Source: a virus
DNA length: 64,000 nt
Virus record (IMG/VR): IMGVR_UViG_3300022602_000038
Span: 64,001-128,000 of that record
Reading direction: 5' to 3' (one strand)
The translations under genes were made by a program, and so were the position numbers. Positions 19,623 to 29,435 of the stretch are shown here, piece after piece (within the stretch, counting starts at the first letter, position 1; each line of letters starts with the position of its first letter). Below the pieces are notes generated by a model. That model was given only the letters and a program-made list of their open reading frames with translations, was not told the origin of the DNA and searched no databases.

Positions 19623-19988
19623 ATGAATCAAACCCCTCAAAAACAAAACGATATTACAGCTTTAACTCCTTTAGAGAGTTTTAGATATGAAAACATTTTT
19701 AATGTATATAAAAATGATAATAACGATTATTTTTATAACATTTTAAGTAAAGTTAATTTTCCAGCTGTTATAGATGAAAGTTATTATGATACATATACTG
19801 TATCTACTAATTCTTCTCCGTATACATTTATATCCTACAGAATTTACGGTACTACATTATTATGGTGGTTAATTTGTGCAGTTAACAATATTAAGAACCC
19901 TGTATTTTTTCCACAACCAAATACTCAATTAAAGTACTTAAAACCAGAATATGTTCGGTTAGTACTTAATCAAATAATCAATTCTTAA
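19623..19988 (+). CDS. Baseplate wedge protein (gp53-like, LysM-like)
   Basis: 'ISYRIYGTTLLWWLI..VNNI.NP'. Confidence 0.8.
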   Translation: MNQTPQKQNDITALTPLESFRYENIFNVYKNDNNDYFYNILSKVNFPAVIDESYYDTYTVSTNSSPYTFISYRIYGTTLLWWLICAVNNIKNPVFFPQPNTQLKYLKPEYVRLVLNQIINS

Positions 19989-21520
19989 TGGCAGCAGAAA
20001 ACATTACAAGTCAGCTAAGAGTTAATGGTCAAACATATAACTTTAATCTATTCCTGTATAATGCACAGGGTATAATGTTTCCTATCAACACAGCTGCTTT
20101 AGTACAGCTTTCTATTGAAGAAGATTCTAGAGAGTGGTTTAAACGTGGCTCTATTATATTAGACAACAAAGAAAATATAATAGAACGTAGACCGAATGAA
20201 TTCGTAAGTGCAGATGCTAATTATAAGTTTCGTAATGATGGTAGAGATATGCTATTAGTATACATTAAACCAGTATATGATAGTCCTACAACAACTATAC
20301 AAGACGATCCATTCCCTTCTGATGGTTGGGAATTACATTACATATTTTCTGTATATGATGTAGAAGATTTACCAGGAGATACACTTTCAAATAAAAAAAT
20401 TAAATTGTATTTGTGGGAATATGATTACCAGCTTTTTGTAGAAACAACTACAAGTGGTTGGTGTACTAACAATGCATTATATAATTTATACCCTGAATTA
20501 AACGGTAAATCTAGTATACTACCAGACTCCCAACGTAAAATACCTACAGGTTTAGCTATAAAAGATCTTATTAGTACAGTTTTAGATGCTAGAAGTAGTA
20601 AGCAAATATTTAGTGATAATTGGGATCCAGGCGCAAGTAATATATTCTATACCCCACCTACTAATAATAACTCTATTGATGATTTAGATTATCTTTTTAA
20701 TAAACACGTAGCAAGTAAAAAATATGGTCAAATAGACGGAGACGTACCTCTATTATATAGAATGAGATACGATAAGAAATGGATACTAACATCTCTTTCA
20801 AGTCAACTTTCTTTAGCTGTAGATAATGGTCAAGCTGGTCCCCTACAATCAGAGCAGTTTTATATAACGTCTACTACACCTACTGGGGTTATTATACCAT
20901 CATTATTTAAAACACCACAATCAAACGGTAAAGATCGTAATTTAAATTTAGGTTATTTAAGTTCTATTAGCAACTATCAATTTGTTGATATGTCCGCTTT
21001 AGATAACACATTTACACTTATTAATCTACCTTGTTCAAGTAATAGTACTACTACAAAACAGTTTAATATAGATGTAGCTGATACTACTATACAAAGCACT
21101 AAAGATTACTTTCAGGCAAACTACGTAAACAAGTTTAGTAATAATAAATCTCCAACAGCCATGCTTTCTTTGAACAAAACTAAAACTCAAAGCTTAGCTT
21201 ATAAACAGCCATATTCTTATAGTTCTACAAAACTAGAAAGATATCCAGATGCTAGGAACAGAATATTAAAATCAGGATTCTTTTTAAATCAATGTATTAA
21301 TTTTACTGTACCTGGTAGTACAGTACGTATGGCAAATACGTTTATAGGGTTGGATCGACGTACAGGTTCAGTAGATGCTGATTTTGATGAGAAACTTCTC
21401 GGTCAATGGTATATAATAAAGGTTACCCATACTTTTACTCAAAATAGTTATACAAATACAATTACCGCTGTGAAACCACATGCGGATAAGAATATACAGA
21501 TACAAGATAATGTACTGTAA
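19988..21520 (+). CDS. Baseplate hub protein (gp27-like)
   Basis: C-terminal 'VPG', 'GQWYIIKVTHTF...YTNTI.AVK'. Confidence 0.65.
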   Translation: MAAENITSQLRVNGQTYNFNLFLYNAQGIMFPINTAALVQLSIEEDSREWFKRGSIILDNKENIIERRPNEFVSADANYKFRNDGRDMLLVYIKPVYDSPTTTIQDDPFPSDGWELHYIFSVYDVEDLPGDTLSNKKIKLYLWEYDYQLFVETTTSGWCTNNALYNLYPELNGKSSILPDSQRKIPTGLAIKDLISTVLDARSSKQIFSDNWDPGASNIFYTPPTNNNSIDDLDYLFNKHVASKKYGQIDGDVPLLYRMRYDKKWILTSLSSQLSLAVDNGQAGPLQSEQFYITSTTPTGVIIPSLFKTPQSNGKDRNLNLGYLSSISNYQFVDMSALDNTFTLINLPCSSNSTTTKQFNIDVADTTIQSTKDYFQANYVNKFSNNKSPTAMLSLNKTKTQSLAYKQPYSYSSTKLERYPDARNRILKSGFFLNQCINFTVPGSTVRMANTFIGLDRRTGSVDADFDEKLLGQWYIIKVTHTFTQNSYTNTITAVKPHADKNIQIQDNVL

Positions 21521-21549
21521 CAATAATGTTTACTAGGTAAGTATATATA

Positions 21550-22344
21550 ATGGCTAACACAGTAGTCAAAACGTTTGATCTATATAATTCCACTTTCTAT
21601 TGGAATGGATACACGTTAAGTAATGCACTGAGCACTCAATTAAGTGTTACGCAAGCGTATTACGCTACTCAATATAGTTCAAATGTTATAGGTTCTCAAA
21701 TTGACTTTTTTACAGAATTAGCAGGTGTAACAGCTAATAATATAGCGTTTAATTTAAGCGGTATCACTATAGGCAATCTACCCTATCTCTGGAGCAAATA
21801 TTGGTGGGATGAAGCAATGTATTACTCTAATAGTTATGTACTAAGCGCTATAACTACTAGTTTTCCAACTTATTACCAGTCTTTTTCAGAGTCTGTAGGT
21901 TGTTTGTATTATATACAAGACCCTGTAACGGTACCTTATAGTAGTTTAATTAGTTCGCTAATACCCCCGACGGTATCTAATAATATTCAAAGTTTTTATG
22001 CTACTGTAAACAATTTATTTGCTACTAATATAGCAGCTATTGGACCTAAGGGTACTGATACAGCCCCGAATAACAGTAGTCTTATAGCTCCTACATCTGA
22101 TCAATTACGTAGATTTAATTCAAGCGCTAGTTTAGCAAATACTATTAACGGTACATACCCAATATTAAGTATGTTTTTACCTTTTAATAACAATGTAGTG
22201 GGTAATCTTATTACCCCTTATAATTGGTATAGCTTTATGCCTTATGACGATAGTAGTTTAGAATTCGGTTTATTAGTAGACCAGACAAACTCTATTATTT
22301 CTTCTCAAATAACTCTTCCAGTAAGTGCTCTGCAAGTAACATAA
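21550..22344 (+). CDS. Hypothetical structural protein
   Basis: Ser/Thr/Asn/Tyr-rich, few charged residues; TAAGTA at 21538-21543. Confidence 0.5.
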   Translation: MANTVVKTFDLYNSTFYWNGYTLSNALSTQLSVTQAYYATQYSSNVIGSQIDFFTELAGVTANNIAFNLSGITIGNLPYLWSKYWWDEAMYYSNSYVLSAITTSFPTYYQSFSESVGCLYYIQDPVTVPYSSLISSLIPPTVSNNIQSFYATVNNLFATNIAAIGPKGTDTAPNNSSLIAPTSDQLRRFNSSASLANTINGTYPILSMFLPFNNNVVGNLITPYNWYSFMPYDDSSLEFGLLVDQTNSIISSQITLPVSALQVT

Positions 22345-22345
22345 T

Positions 22346-24346
22346 ATGCAAACTTTTAATTCAACTTATTTAGGTATAGTAGTACAGAACAACGACCCGG
22401 AGTATCGTGGTAGAGTAAAAGTATGGGTACCGCATATAAACGGGTCTGTATATAACAAATGGGCTCAATTAGGTGCAGATCGTAGTTTTAAATTTCCTGG
22501 TACTAATATAAGTTCAGATTTAAATTTAGTTTTAGATACAGTTAAAGATCAATTACCTTGGGCAGAACAATGTGCTCCAATAGTAGGTGAAAGTGCAACT
22601 GGTTACTATAACGCTTACACTACACAAGCTACTACATCAGATGCTGCTTTTTCATATAGTTTATCAGGTACAAATTTTTCAAATAATTACACTCAATTTA
22701 ATTTAAATAGTGAAGGTATAGGCGAAAAACCTGGTTTTGTATATGAAAAATACGGCACTAAATTAACCGATGCTTTTACAGATACTACTGCGAATAATAC
22801 AAGCATGGTTAATCAAAACGGTGCACAGTATAGGCCGTCTACGTATTCTAATGCTGCTAAAGGTATATTTGCTATACCTAAAGTAGGAGCTCATGTATGG
22901 GTGTTCTTTAGAGACGGCATGCCGGTATACCCTGTCTATATGGGCACTATTTCAAGTCAAGATGATTTTGCAAGTATATTTAACACTCAAGATGGCGCTT
23001 ATCAAGACTACCCTCAAACGTTTGAAAATGTAAACAAAAACCTTAGACAAACTGAAGATGTTAATACCCATACATATCGTAATAAAATGGTTATTAACCA
23101 AAGAGGTGCAGCTATAGAAATTATCAATACTACTGATAGAGAACAGTTTAAAGTGACTCACTTTGCGGGTGGTTTTCTGGAATTTAACAATAAATTTAAC
23201 TCTTTATTTAGTCCTAAAAATTTACAACTTCTTACTCTGAGAGACAAATTTGAAACGATAAGAGGTCATAATAATTTATTTGTAGATAGAAATTTCGATA
23301 ATACTGTACAGGGAGATTACTTGATTAAAACAGGTAATTTAAATACTACCGCGATGCAGAACTGGGTTACTGCTTATACAGCTATAGCCAACTTATTAGC
23401 ATTACCTGAAGGCTCTGCTGGTAAAGATAGTTTAGCCGCAACAATAACAGCTCAAGCTGCTGCCTTAGCTGCTGCTGAAGCAGAACTAGGATTCGGTGGT
23501 AATTATGTTGAAACAGTAACTAAGCATAAATTCCTTAATGTAGGTTTAGTGTTTAATACATTTGCAAGTACTAGGTATAACTTAACTAACAAAACTGTTT
23601 CTCAATACAGAAACGCTACAGGTTCTGGTACAACTTTAACTACAACTACAATACCGGCAATAGAGTATACATTTATAGATGATATGCCTGGTGGTAATCT
23701 AACTCAAACCATAGGTAATAAATACAGTTTATTAGTTGGTTCAGGTGGGGTTGATATTAAAACAACCGGCCCTGTGAACATTGGCGGCACTATAATGGCT
23801 GTAGCAGGTAAACAAGTTAATATAGCATCTACTGATGATACTAATATTGATGGTGGTACTAACTTATCTGTTATAGCAACTTTAATGACTATAAGAACTC
23901 GTAACAGACAACAAGTAGTTATTGATGATAATTTAGGTATTAGTAAAAATGTTATTATTGGAGGTGGTGCTTATGCAAACGGGGAAATGTTCGTACAACA
24001 TATAACAGCTCCTGTTGAATTTCAATTAACAGAAGCTACAAAAATAAGCGATACAACTTATACTATTACAGGGGCTACTATTACAGGTTCTGGTACAGGC
24101 CCTGGTGGATCTTACGTATCTGGAAATACTATTAATATCTCTGGTGGTACATTAGCAATTAATCAAACCCATCAACATTATTATAAGAATATACCATTAA
24201 CAATGCTTGCTAGTAATTCTGCAGTTAGTACAGCCGCAGAAGCTCTTAATGCGGGTAGTTCAGCTTCTACTGCTACAGCGGTATCTGATGGGTATAAATC
24301 CGATCCAAGCGGTCGTACTCCTCCTTCTGATCCACGTACAAATTAA
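22346..24346 (+). CDS. Baseplate central spike (gp5/VgrG-like)
   Basis: OB-fold 'GIVVQNNDPEYRGRVKV' and 'IPKVGAHVWVFF.DG....PV', beta-helix repeats, 'THQH' HxH tip motif; no lysozyme motif seen. Confidence 0.85.
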   Translation: MQTFNSTYLGIVVQNNDPEYRGRVKVWVPHINGSVYNKWAQLGADRSFKFPGTNISSDLNLVLDTVKDQLPWAEQCAPIVGESATGYYNAYTTQATTSDAAFSYSLSGTNFSNNYTQFNLNSEGIGEKPGFVYEKYGTKLTDAFTDTTANNTSMVNQNGAQYRPSTYSNAAKGIFAIPKVGAHVWVFFRDGMPVYPVYMGTISSQDDFASIFNTQDGAYQDYPQTFENVNKNLRQTEDVNTHTYRNKMVINQRGAAIEIINTTDREQFKVTHFAGGFLEFNNKFNSLFSPKNLQLLTLRDKFETIRGHNNLFVDRNFDNTVQGDYLIKTGNLNTTAMQNWVTAYTAIANLLALPEGSAGKDSLAATITAQAAALAAAEAELGFGGNYVETVTKHKFLNVGLVFNTFASTRYNLTNKTVSQYRNATGSGTTLTTTTIPAIEYTFIDDMPGGNLTQTIGNKYSLLVGSGGVDIKTTGPVNIGGTIMAVAGKQVNIASTDDTNIDGGTNLSVIATLMTIRTRNRQQVVIDDNLGISKNVIIGGGAYANGEMFVQHITAPVEFQLTEATKISDTTYTITGATITGSGTGPGGSYVSGNTINISGGTLAINQTHQHYYKNIPLTMLASNSAVSTAAEALNAGSSASTATAVSDGYKSDPSGRTPPSDPRTN

Positions 24347-24391
24347 GTGGAAAAATATTGACTTTTAAGTAAGTTCTTTTATTATATTTTT

Positions 24392-25660
24392 ATGGAAGAA
24401 ACTATATTTGTACAAATAGCAGCTTATAGGGATTCAGAATTAATACCTACAGTAAAAAATTGCTTAGCTCAAGCTGAGCACCCTGAACGTTTACATATAT
24501 CGATCGGGTGGCAACATAGTCCAGATGAAAATGTAGATGAAATTGCTAATCTTGAAAACGTAACTATTGTATCATACCCGCACACAGTTGCAAAAGGACC
24601 GTGCTGGATAAGAAGAGCAATACAAGAGGAATATAAGGACGAAACGTACACCCTACAATTAGATTCTCATCACCGTTTTATAAAAAATTGGGATACGGAA
24701 ATTATTGCAATGTATAAAGGTTTAATTGCAGATGGTGTTAAAAAACCTATTATATCTTCTTATTTGCCAAGTTATGAACCTAAAAATGACCCAGCAAACC
24801 GAACAATAGATATTTGGCAAGTTAATTATGATAGGTTTATACCTGAGGGTCCTATATTTCAACGTCCTTCAACTATTAAAAATTGGGAGACATTAACCAA
24901 ACCAGTACCAGCGCGTACTATTTCTGCTCACTTTTTATTTACACGCGGACAGTGGATTAAAGAAGTGCCATATGATAGTCAATTATATTTTCATGGAGAA
25001 GAAATTACATTAGCTGTAAGATCTTACACACACGGTTACGACTTGTTTCATCCTCATAAAATTATTGCATGGCATCAATATACTAGAGAAGGTCAAAGAA
25101 AGCATTGGGATGATAGTTCAATGTGGAACAATCTCAACATGTATAGTTATGCAAGAGTTAAAATGTTATTAGGTATTGACGGGGTAGATAATAAATTAGC
25201 AAAATTCGAAGAAACAAATACTGGTCTTGGTACGGAAAGAACACTCTCTCAATTTGAAAGATATGCTGGTGTAGAATTTAAAACCCGTAAATTACATAAA
25301 GATACAGTTGCTGAAATTTTACCTCCTATAAATTTTCAAGACGAAGAAACGTTTCAAAAAAACTTATGCTCTGTCTTTAAACATTGTTTAGATGTGTTTA
25401 AACCTGAAGTGCCTTTAAGAGATTATACTTTTTGGGCTATATCATTTCAAGACAGACTCGGTAATGATTTATACCGACAAGATGCTGATTTAGCTGAAAT
25501 TGAACGCGCTATGTTTGAAAATCCAAACGACAAGTTTGCACATATATGGAGAGAGTTCAGTACAAATGAAAGACCTTATAAATGGGTAGTATGGCCATAT
25601 AGTAAATCTAAAGATTGGTTAACTGACAGGATAGAAACAGTTATTAACTATGGTAATTAA
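24392..25660 (+). CDS. GT60-type (Skp1/polypeptide alpha-GlcNAc transferase-like) glycosyltransferase
   Basis: 'TIFVQIAAYRD', 'GPCW.R', 'LQLDSHHRF..NWD', 'FHGEEI...RSYTHGYD'. Confidence 0.85.
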   Translation: MEETIFVQIAAYRDSELIPTVKNCLAQAEHPERLHISIGWQHSPDENVDEIANLENVTIVSYPHTVAKGPCWIRRAIQEEYKDETYTLQLDSHHRFIKNWDTEIIAMYKGLIADGVKKPIISSYLPSYEPKNDPANRTIDIWQVNYDRFIPEGPIFQRPSTIKNWETLTKPVPARTISAHFLFTRGQWIKEVPYDSQLYFHGEEITLAVRSYTHGYDLFHPHKIIAWHQYTREGQRKHWDDSSMWNNLNMYSYARVKMLLGIDGVDNKLAKFEETNTGLGTERTLSQFERYAGVEFKTRKLHKDTVAEILPPINFQDEETFQKNLCSVFKHCLDVFKPEVPLRDYTFWAISFQDRLGNDLYRQDADLAEIERAMFENPNDKFAHIWREFSTNERPYKWVVWPYSKSKDWLTDRIETVINYGN

Positions 25661-25678
25661 TTTTAAAATCTATACATT

Positions 25679-26941
25679 ATGAACAATACAACTACAACTG
25701 ATAACACTATCTTTATACAGATAGCATCTTACAGAGATTCAGAATTAGTACCTACTATAAAGAATTGTATACAGAACTCAAACGCACCAGAAAACTTAAG
25801 GTTTTGTATAGCATGGCAACACGGTCCTGAAGAAAATATCGATGAATTAAAACAATATTCTAATATTAATATTATAGATTTAGATTACATTCACACCAAA
25901 GGTGTATGCTGGGCTCGTAACAAAATACAACAATTATATGCAGGTTACCCTACAAAATACACGCTACAATTAGATTCCCATCATCGCTTTGTAAAAGGTT
26001 GGGATACTCTTTTGATAGGTATGGTTGAACAATTACAGGCAAAAGGATATAAAAAACCTTTACTTACTGCCTATTTACCTAGCTATAACCCTTCAAATGA
26101 TCCTGCTGAAAGAGCAATGTACCCCACTAGAATGGATTTTGATAGGTTTATACCTGAAGGAGCTGTTTTTTTCAGGCCCGCTGTAATTGAAAATTGGGAA
26201 AATTTAACTGAACCTGTACCTGCACGTTGGTATTCTGCGCATTTTTGCTTTACATTGGGGGAATTTTGTACAGAAGTTCAACATGACCCAGAGTATTTGT
26301 TCCATGGAGAAGAAATTAGTATAGCAGCAAGAGCGTATACCCACGGTTACGACTTGTTTCACCCTCATAAAATTATTGCATGGCATGAGTATAGCCGTAG
26401 CTATAGACCTAAACAATGGGATGATAGTCCGACATGGTTTATAGAAAATAGAATTTCTCACTTACGTAACCGTAAGTTTTTTAGTATGGACGGAGAAGTA
26501 AGAGATATAAGCTTTGGTAATTATGATTTCGGTACTGTAAGAACATTACACGACTATGAACAATACGCAGGTATTGATTTTAAAAAGCGTGGGGTACAAG
26601 AATATACAATTAAAAATAAACCAGCCCCTAACCCTAAGGTAGAGGATTGGGATAAATCTATCATTTCTCTTTTTAGACATTGTATTGATATACCTTTTGA
26701 AGCTTTACCAGAACAAGACTATGATTTTTGGTGTATAGCCTTTTCAGATAAAAACGGTCAAGAGATTTATAGAGAAGATGCAGATATAGATGAAATTGAA
26801 AGTATGCGTAAAGATCCTGACATGTATTATAAAATATGGAGACAGTTCATTACCCCTAATCTTCCTGTAAAATGGATAGTCTGGCCTCACACAAAAAGTA
26901 AAGGGTGGGGAGATCCTATTATACAGAATTTAATTCCTTAA
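25679..26941 (+). CDS. Second GT60-type glycosyltransferase (paralog)
   Basis: Same motifs as 24392-25660, colinear over the full length. Confidence 0.85.
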   Translation: MNNTTTTDNTIFIQIASYRDSELVPTIKNCIQNSNAPENLRFCIAWQHGPEENIDELKQYSNINIIDLDYIHTKGVCWARNKIQQLYAGYPTKYTLQLDSHHRFVKGWDTLLIGMVEQLQAKGYKKPLLTAYLPSYNPSNDPAERAMYPTRMDFDRFIPEGAVFFRPAVIENWENLTEPVPARWYSAHFCFTLGEFCTEVQHDPEYLFHGEEISIAARAYTHGYDLFHPHKIIAWHEYSRSYRPKQWDDSPTWFIENRISHLRNRKFFSMDGEVRDISFGNYDFGTVRTLHDYEQYAGIDFKKRGVQEYTIKNKPAPNPKVEDWDKSIISLFRHCIDIPFEALPEQDYDFWCIAFSDKNGQEIYREDADIDEIESMRKDPDMYYKIWRQFITPNLPVKWIVWPHTKSKGWGDPIIQNLIP

Positions 26942-26944
26942 TAA

Positions 26945-27841
26945 ATGTCAAAAACATTATTTGTTACTAGCTATTACGGTAAACTATGGAGTACGAAATT
27001 CGGTGGTAGATCTGGTAGAGAAGAAAACTACTTAAGATCTTTTGTTTCTCTAGTAAGAATGCCTGCTGATTTTGTAATTTATACTTCTGAAGAAGAAAAA
27101 CCTATAATTGAAAAATTTATAAGTGAGCATATTGTAACTACTAATAGAATTACAATTATTGTTTATAATTTAGAAAATTTCATACATCACGTAAAGATAA
27201 ACAGTATACTTGGCGGGTTTAATAATCTTCAACCGGATAGATGCTTTGAGATACAGTACGGTAAATTGTATTGGTTGGAAAATCATTTAAATGAAGATTA
27301 CGAAACAATTTACTGGGTTGACATAGGACTCTCTCATATAGGTTTATGGCCACAAAAATATACATTCGGACATGACTGGTATACTAAGCAGTTTTATTTC
27401 AATATATTTAACGGAAACTTACTAAACAACCTTAACGATAGTGTAATAAAACAAGATAAAATCTTTACTATTGCTTTAGATCAGACTATAAATAAGGGAT
27501 ACGGCAACGCTGCTGCAAAATACTACACTCATAATAATTCTCATAATATAGGTAAAATACATGTTGTAGGTGGACTATTTGGCGGTACTAAAAGTAGAGT
27601 TAAAGATTTAATTACTAAATTTAAAGAGAAAACTATACAAGTATTATCTGATGATGCTTTATATACAGAAGAACAAATACTATCTATACTTGTTACTAAC
27701 GAGCCTGAACGTTATATAATAGAATTATTTGAAAACTGGTATCATGAAGACAGTAAAGGTTTTGAACACACTCTAACAAAATATAAAAAATCTTTTTATC
27801 AAATTTTTGAAAAATATAATAATGTTTCAAATGCAAAATAA
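26945..27841 (+). CDS. HtrL/WlaTC-like glycosyltransferase
   Basis: 'YWVDIG', 'GGLFGG', 'TEEQIL'. Confidence 0.7.
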   Translation: MSKTLFVTSYYGKLWSTKFGGRSGREENYLRSFVSLVRMPADFVIYTSEEEKPIIEKFISEHIVTTNRITIIVYNLENFIHHVKINSILGGFNNLQPDRCFEIQYGKLYWLENHLNEDYETIYWVDIGLSHIGLWPQKYTFGHDWYTKQFYFNIFNGNLLNNLNDSVIKQDKIFTIALDQTINKGYGNAAAKYYTHNNSHNIGKIHVVGGLFGGTKSRVKDLITKFKEKTIQVLSDDALYTEEQILSILVTNEPERYIIELFENWYHEDSKGFEHTLTKYKKSFYQIFEKYNNVSNAK

Positions 27842-29435
27842 AGAATTTATTGTTTCTATTTATGGCTCTCATAACGCTGCTATAGCTTTTTATTATAAGG
27901 GTAAGATCGACGTTTATGAAGTAGAAAGATATGTAGGGTATAAAAACTCCGGTCTTTCTCAGTACAAGTTTATTTGGCCTACGGATATTTTTATAGATTT
28001 AATTATTAAAGACTATAAACTAAGAAATAATATCAATCAAATACCAGATGTATTATTGTGGAGTAGAACAGACTGTAACCATAATAACACTAAATACATG
28101 TTTCATGAAAATATTGAAACAAAAGAGTGTATACCCGGAGCATTACATCATATGGCGCATGCGAGCGGAACCTTTTACCAATCTACATTTAATAAAGCTT
28201 TAGTTATTTCTTTTGATGGTGGTGGGGAAGATGGGTTTTTTAATATCTACTTTGCAGATAGAGAAACAGGTTGCAGTCTTATAAGCAAAATAGATATAGA
28301 TTTAGGTTTTGCATATATGATTTTAGCACATTACTTAAAAGATATAAACCGAGAAAATTCATTAAGCGATGGCAATTTAATTTACTCAGGAAAATTAATG
28401 GGCTTGACCGGATACGGCAAGTTAAATCCTGATTGGCTACCAGCGTTTAAACAATTTTATTACAGCAAACCTGACGGTAATAATTATACGGAAAAAATTA
28501 AAATCCTAAAGGATGCAATCGGTGTTGATTTTAATGATATATATAGACTGAGTGGTTATACAGCATACAACATAGCAGCTACACATCAACAAGCATTTGA
28601 AGATGTGTTTTTTGAAAAGGTAGATTCAATTATAAATGATTATCCAGATTTACCTATTTGTGTAACAGGTGGTTGTGCACTTAATGTATTGTTAAATACA
28701 AATATAAAGAAAAAATATAACAGGCAAATGTTTGTAGCTTCTAACTCAAATGATTGTGGACAAGCTGCAGGTATGTTATTAGAGTATTTAAAACCACCCA
28801 CCCAAATAGATTTATCTAGAACAGGTACCCCTATATTAGATTATGGTTCTATAGGAGAATACATGTATGAATGTAGTAATAAATGTAAAATTAGCAAAGT
28901 TACAAACAAGGAAGTAATTGAATTACTACAAAAAGGTAAAATAATTGGAGTACTAAGAGGTTTAAGTGAACATGGACCAAGAGCATTAGGTCACAGAAGT
29001 ATTATTTGCGATCCAGGTAAAGAAAACATGAAAGATGTACTGAATCAGAAAGTAAAAAATAGAGAATGGTATAGACCGTTTGCGCCTATTGCATTAGTAG
29101 AAACAGCAAACAATTATTTTGATATAACTGAATATTCACCATATATGTCTTTTGCTTTTGATGTAAGAGAAGAATGGAAAAGCAAATTAAAATCTGTTAC
29201 TCATATAGACGGAACAGCTCGAGTACAAACACTTAAGAGAGAAGATGATGCATGGCTGTATGATTTAATTAAAGATTTTGGTGCAAAATCCGGGTATGAA
29301 GTAATACTAAATACAAGCTTTAATGTAAACGGTAAACCTATATTAACAACTGTTAAAGACGCTTTTAAAGTATTTAATACTACTAAACTTGATTGTCTTA
29401 TTATTGAAGATAATTTAATTGTAAAGAACCAATGA
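27807..29435 (+). CDS. O-carbamoyltransferase (NodU/CmcH/TobZ family); real start probably a slightly downstream ATG
   Basis: 'HH.AHA', 'DGGGE', 'GKLMGL..YG', 'GGCALN', 'E.GPRALG.RS', 'K.REWYRPFAP', 'HIDGTARVQT', 'LNTSFN..GKP'. Confidence 0.95.
   Translation: MKNIIMFQMQNKEFIVSIYGSHNAAIAFYYKGKIDVYEVERYVGYKNSGLSQYKFIWPTDIFIDLIIKDYKLRNNINQIPDVLLWSRTDCNHNNTKYMFHENIETKECIPGALHHMAHASGTFYQSTFNKALVISFDGGGEDGFFNIYFADRETGCSLISKIDIDLGFAYMILAHYLKDINRENSLSDGNLIYSGKLMGLTGYGKLNPDWLPAFKQFYYSKPDGNNYTEKIKILKDAIGVDFNDIYRLSGYTAYNIAATHQQAFEDVFFEKVDSIINDYPDLPICVTGGCALNVLLNTNIKKKYNRQMFVASNSNDCGQAAGMLLEYLKPPTQIDLSRTGTPILDYGSIGEYMYECSNKCKISKVTNKEVIELLQKGKIIGVLRGLSEHGPRALGHRSIICDPGKENMKDVLNQKVKNREWYRPFAPIALVETANNYFDITEYSPYMSFAFDVREEWKSKLKSVTHIDGTARVQTLKREDDAWLYDLIKDFGAKSGYEVILNTSFNVNGKPILTTVKDAFKVFNTTKLDCLIIEDNLIVKNQ

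Noticed and set aside
27807-29435. Carbamoyltransferase as a DNA (5hmC) modifier
   Set aside because: Its neighbours are glycosyltransferases and no dCMP hydroxymethylase is in the window; a glycan substrate is more parsimonious, though DNA is not excluded.
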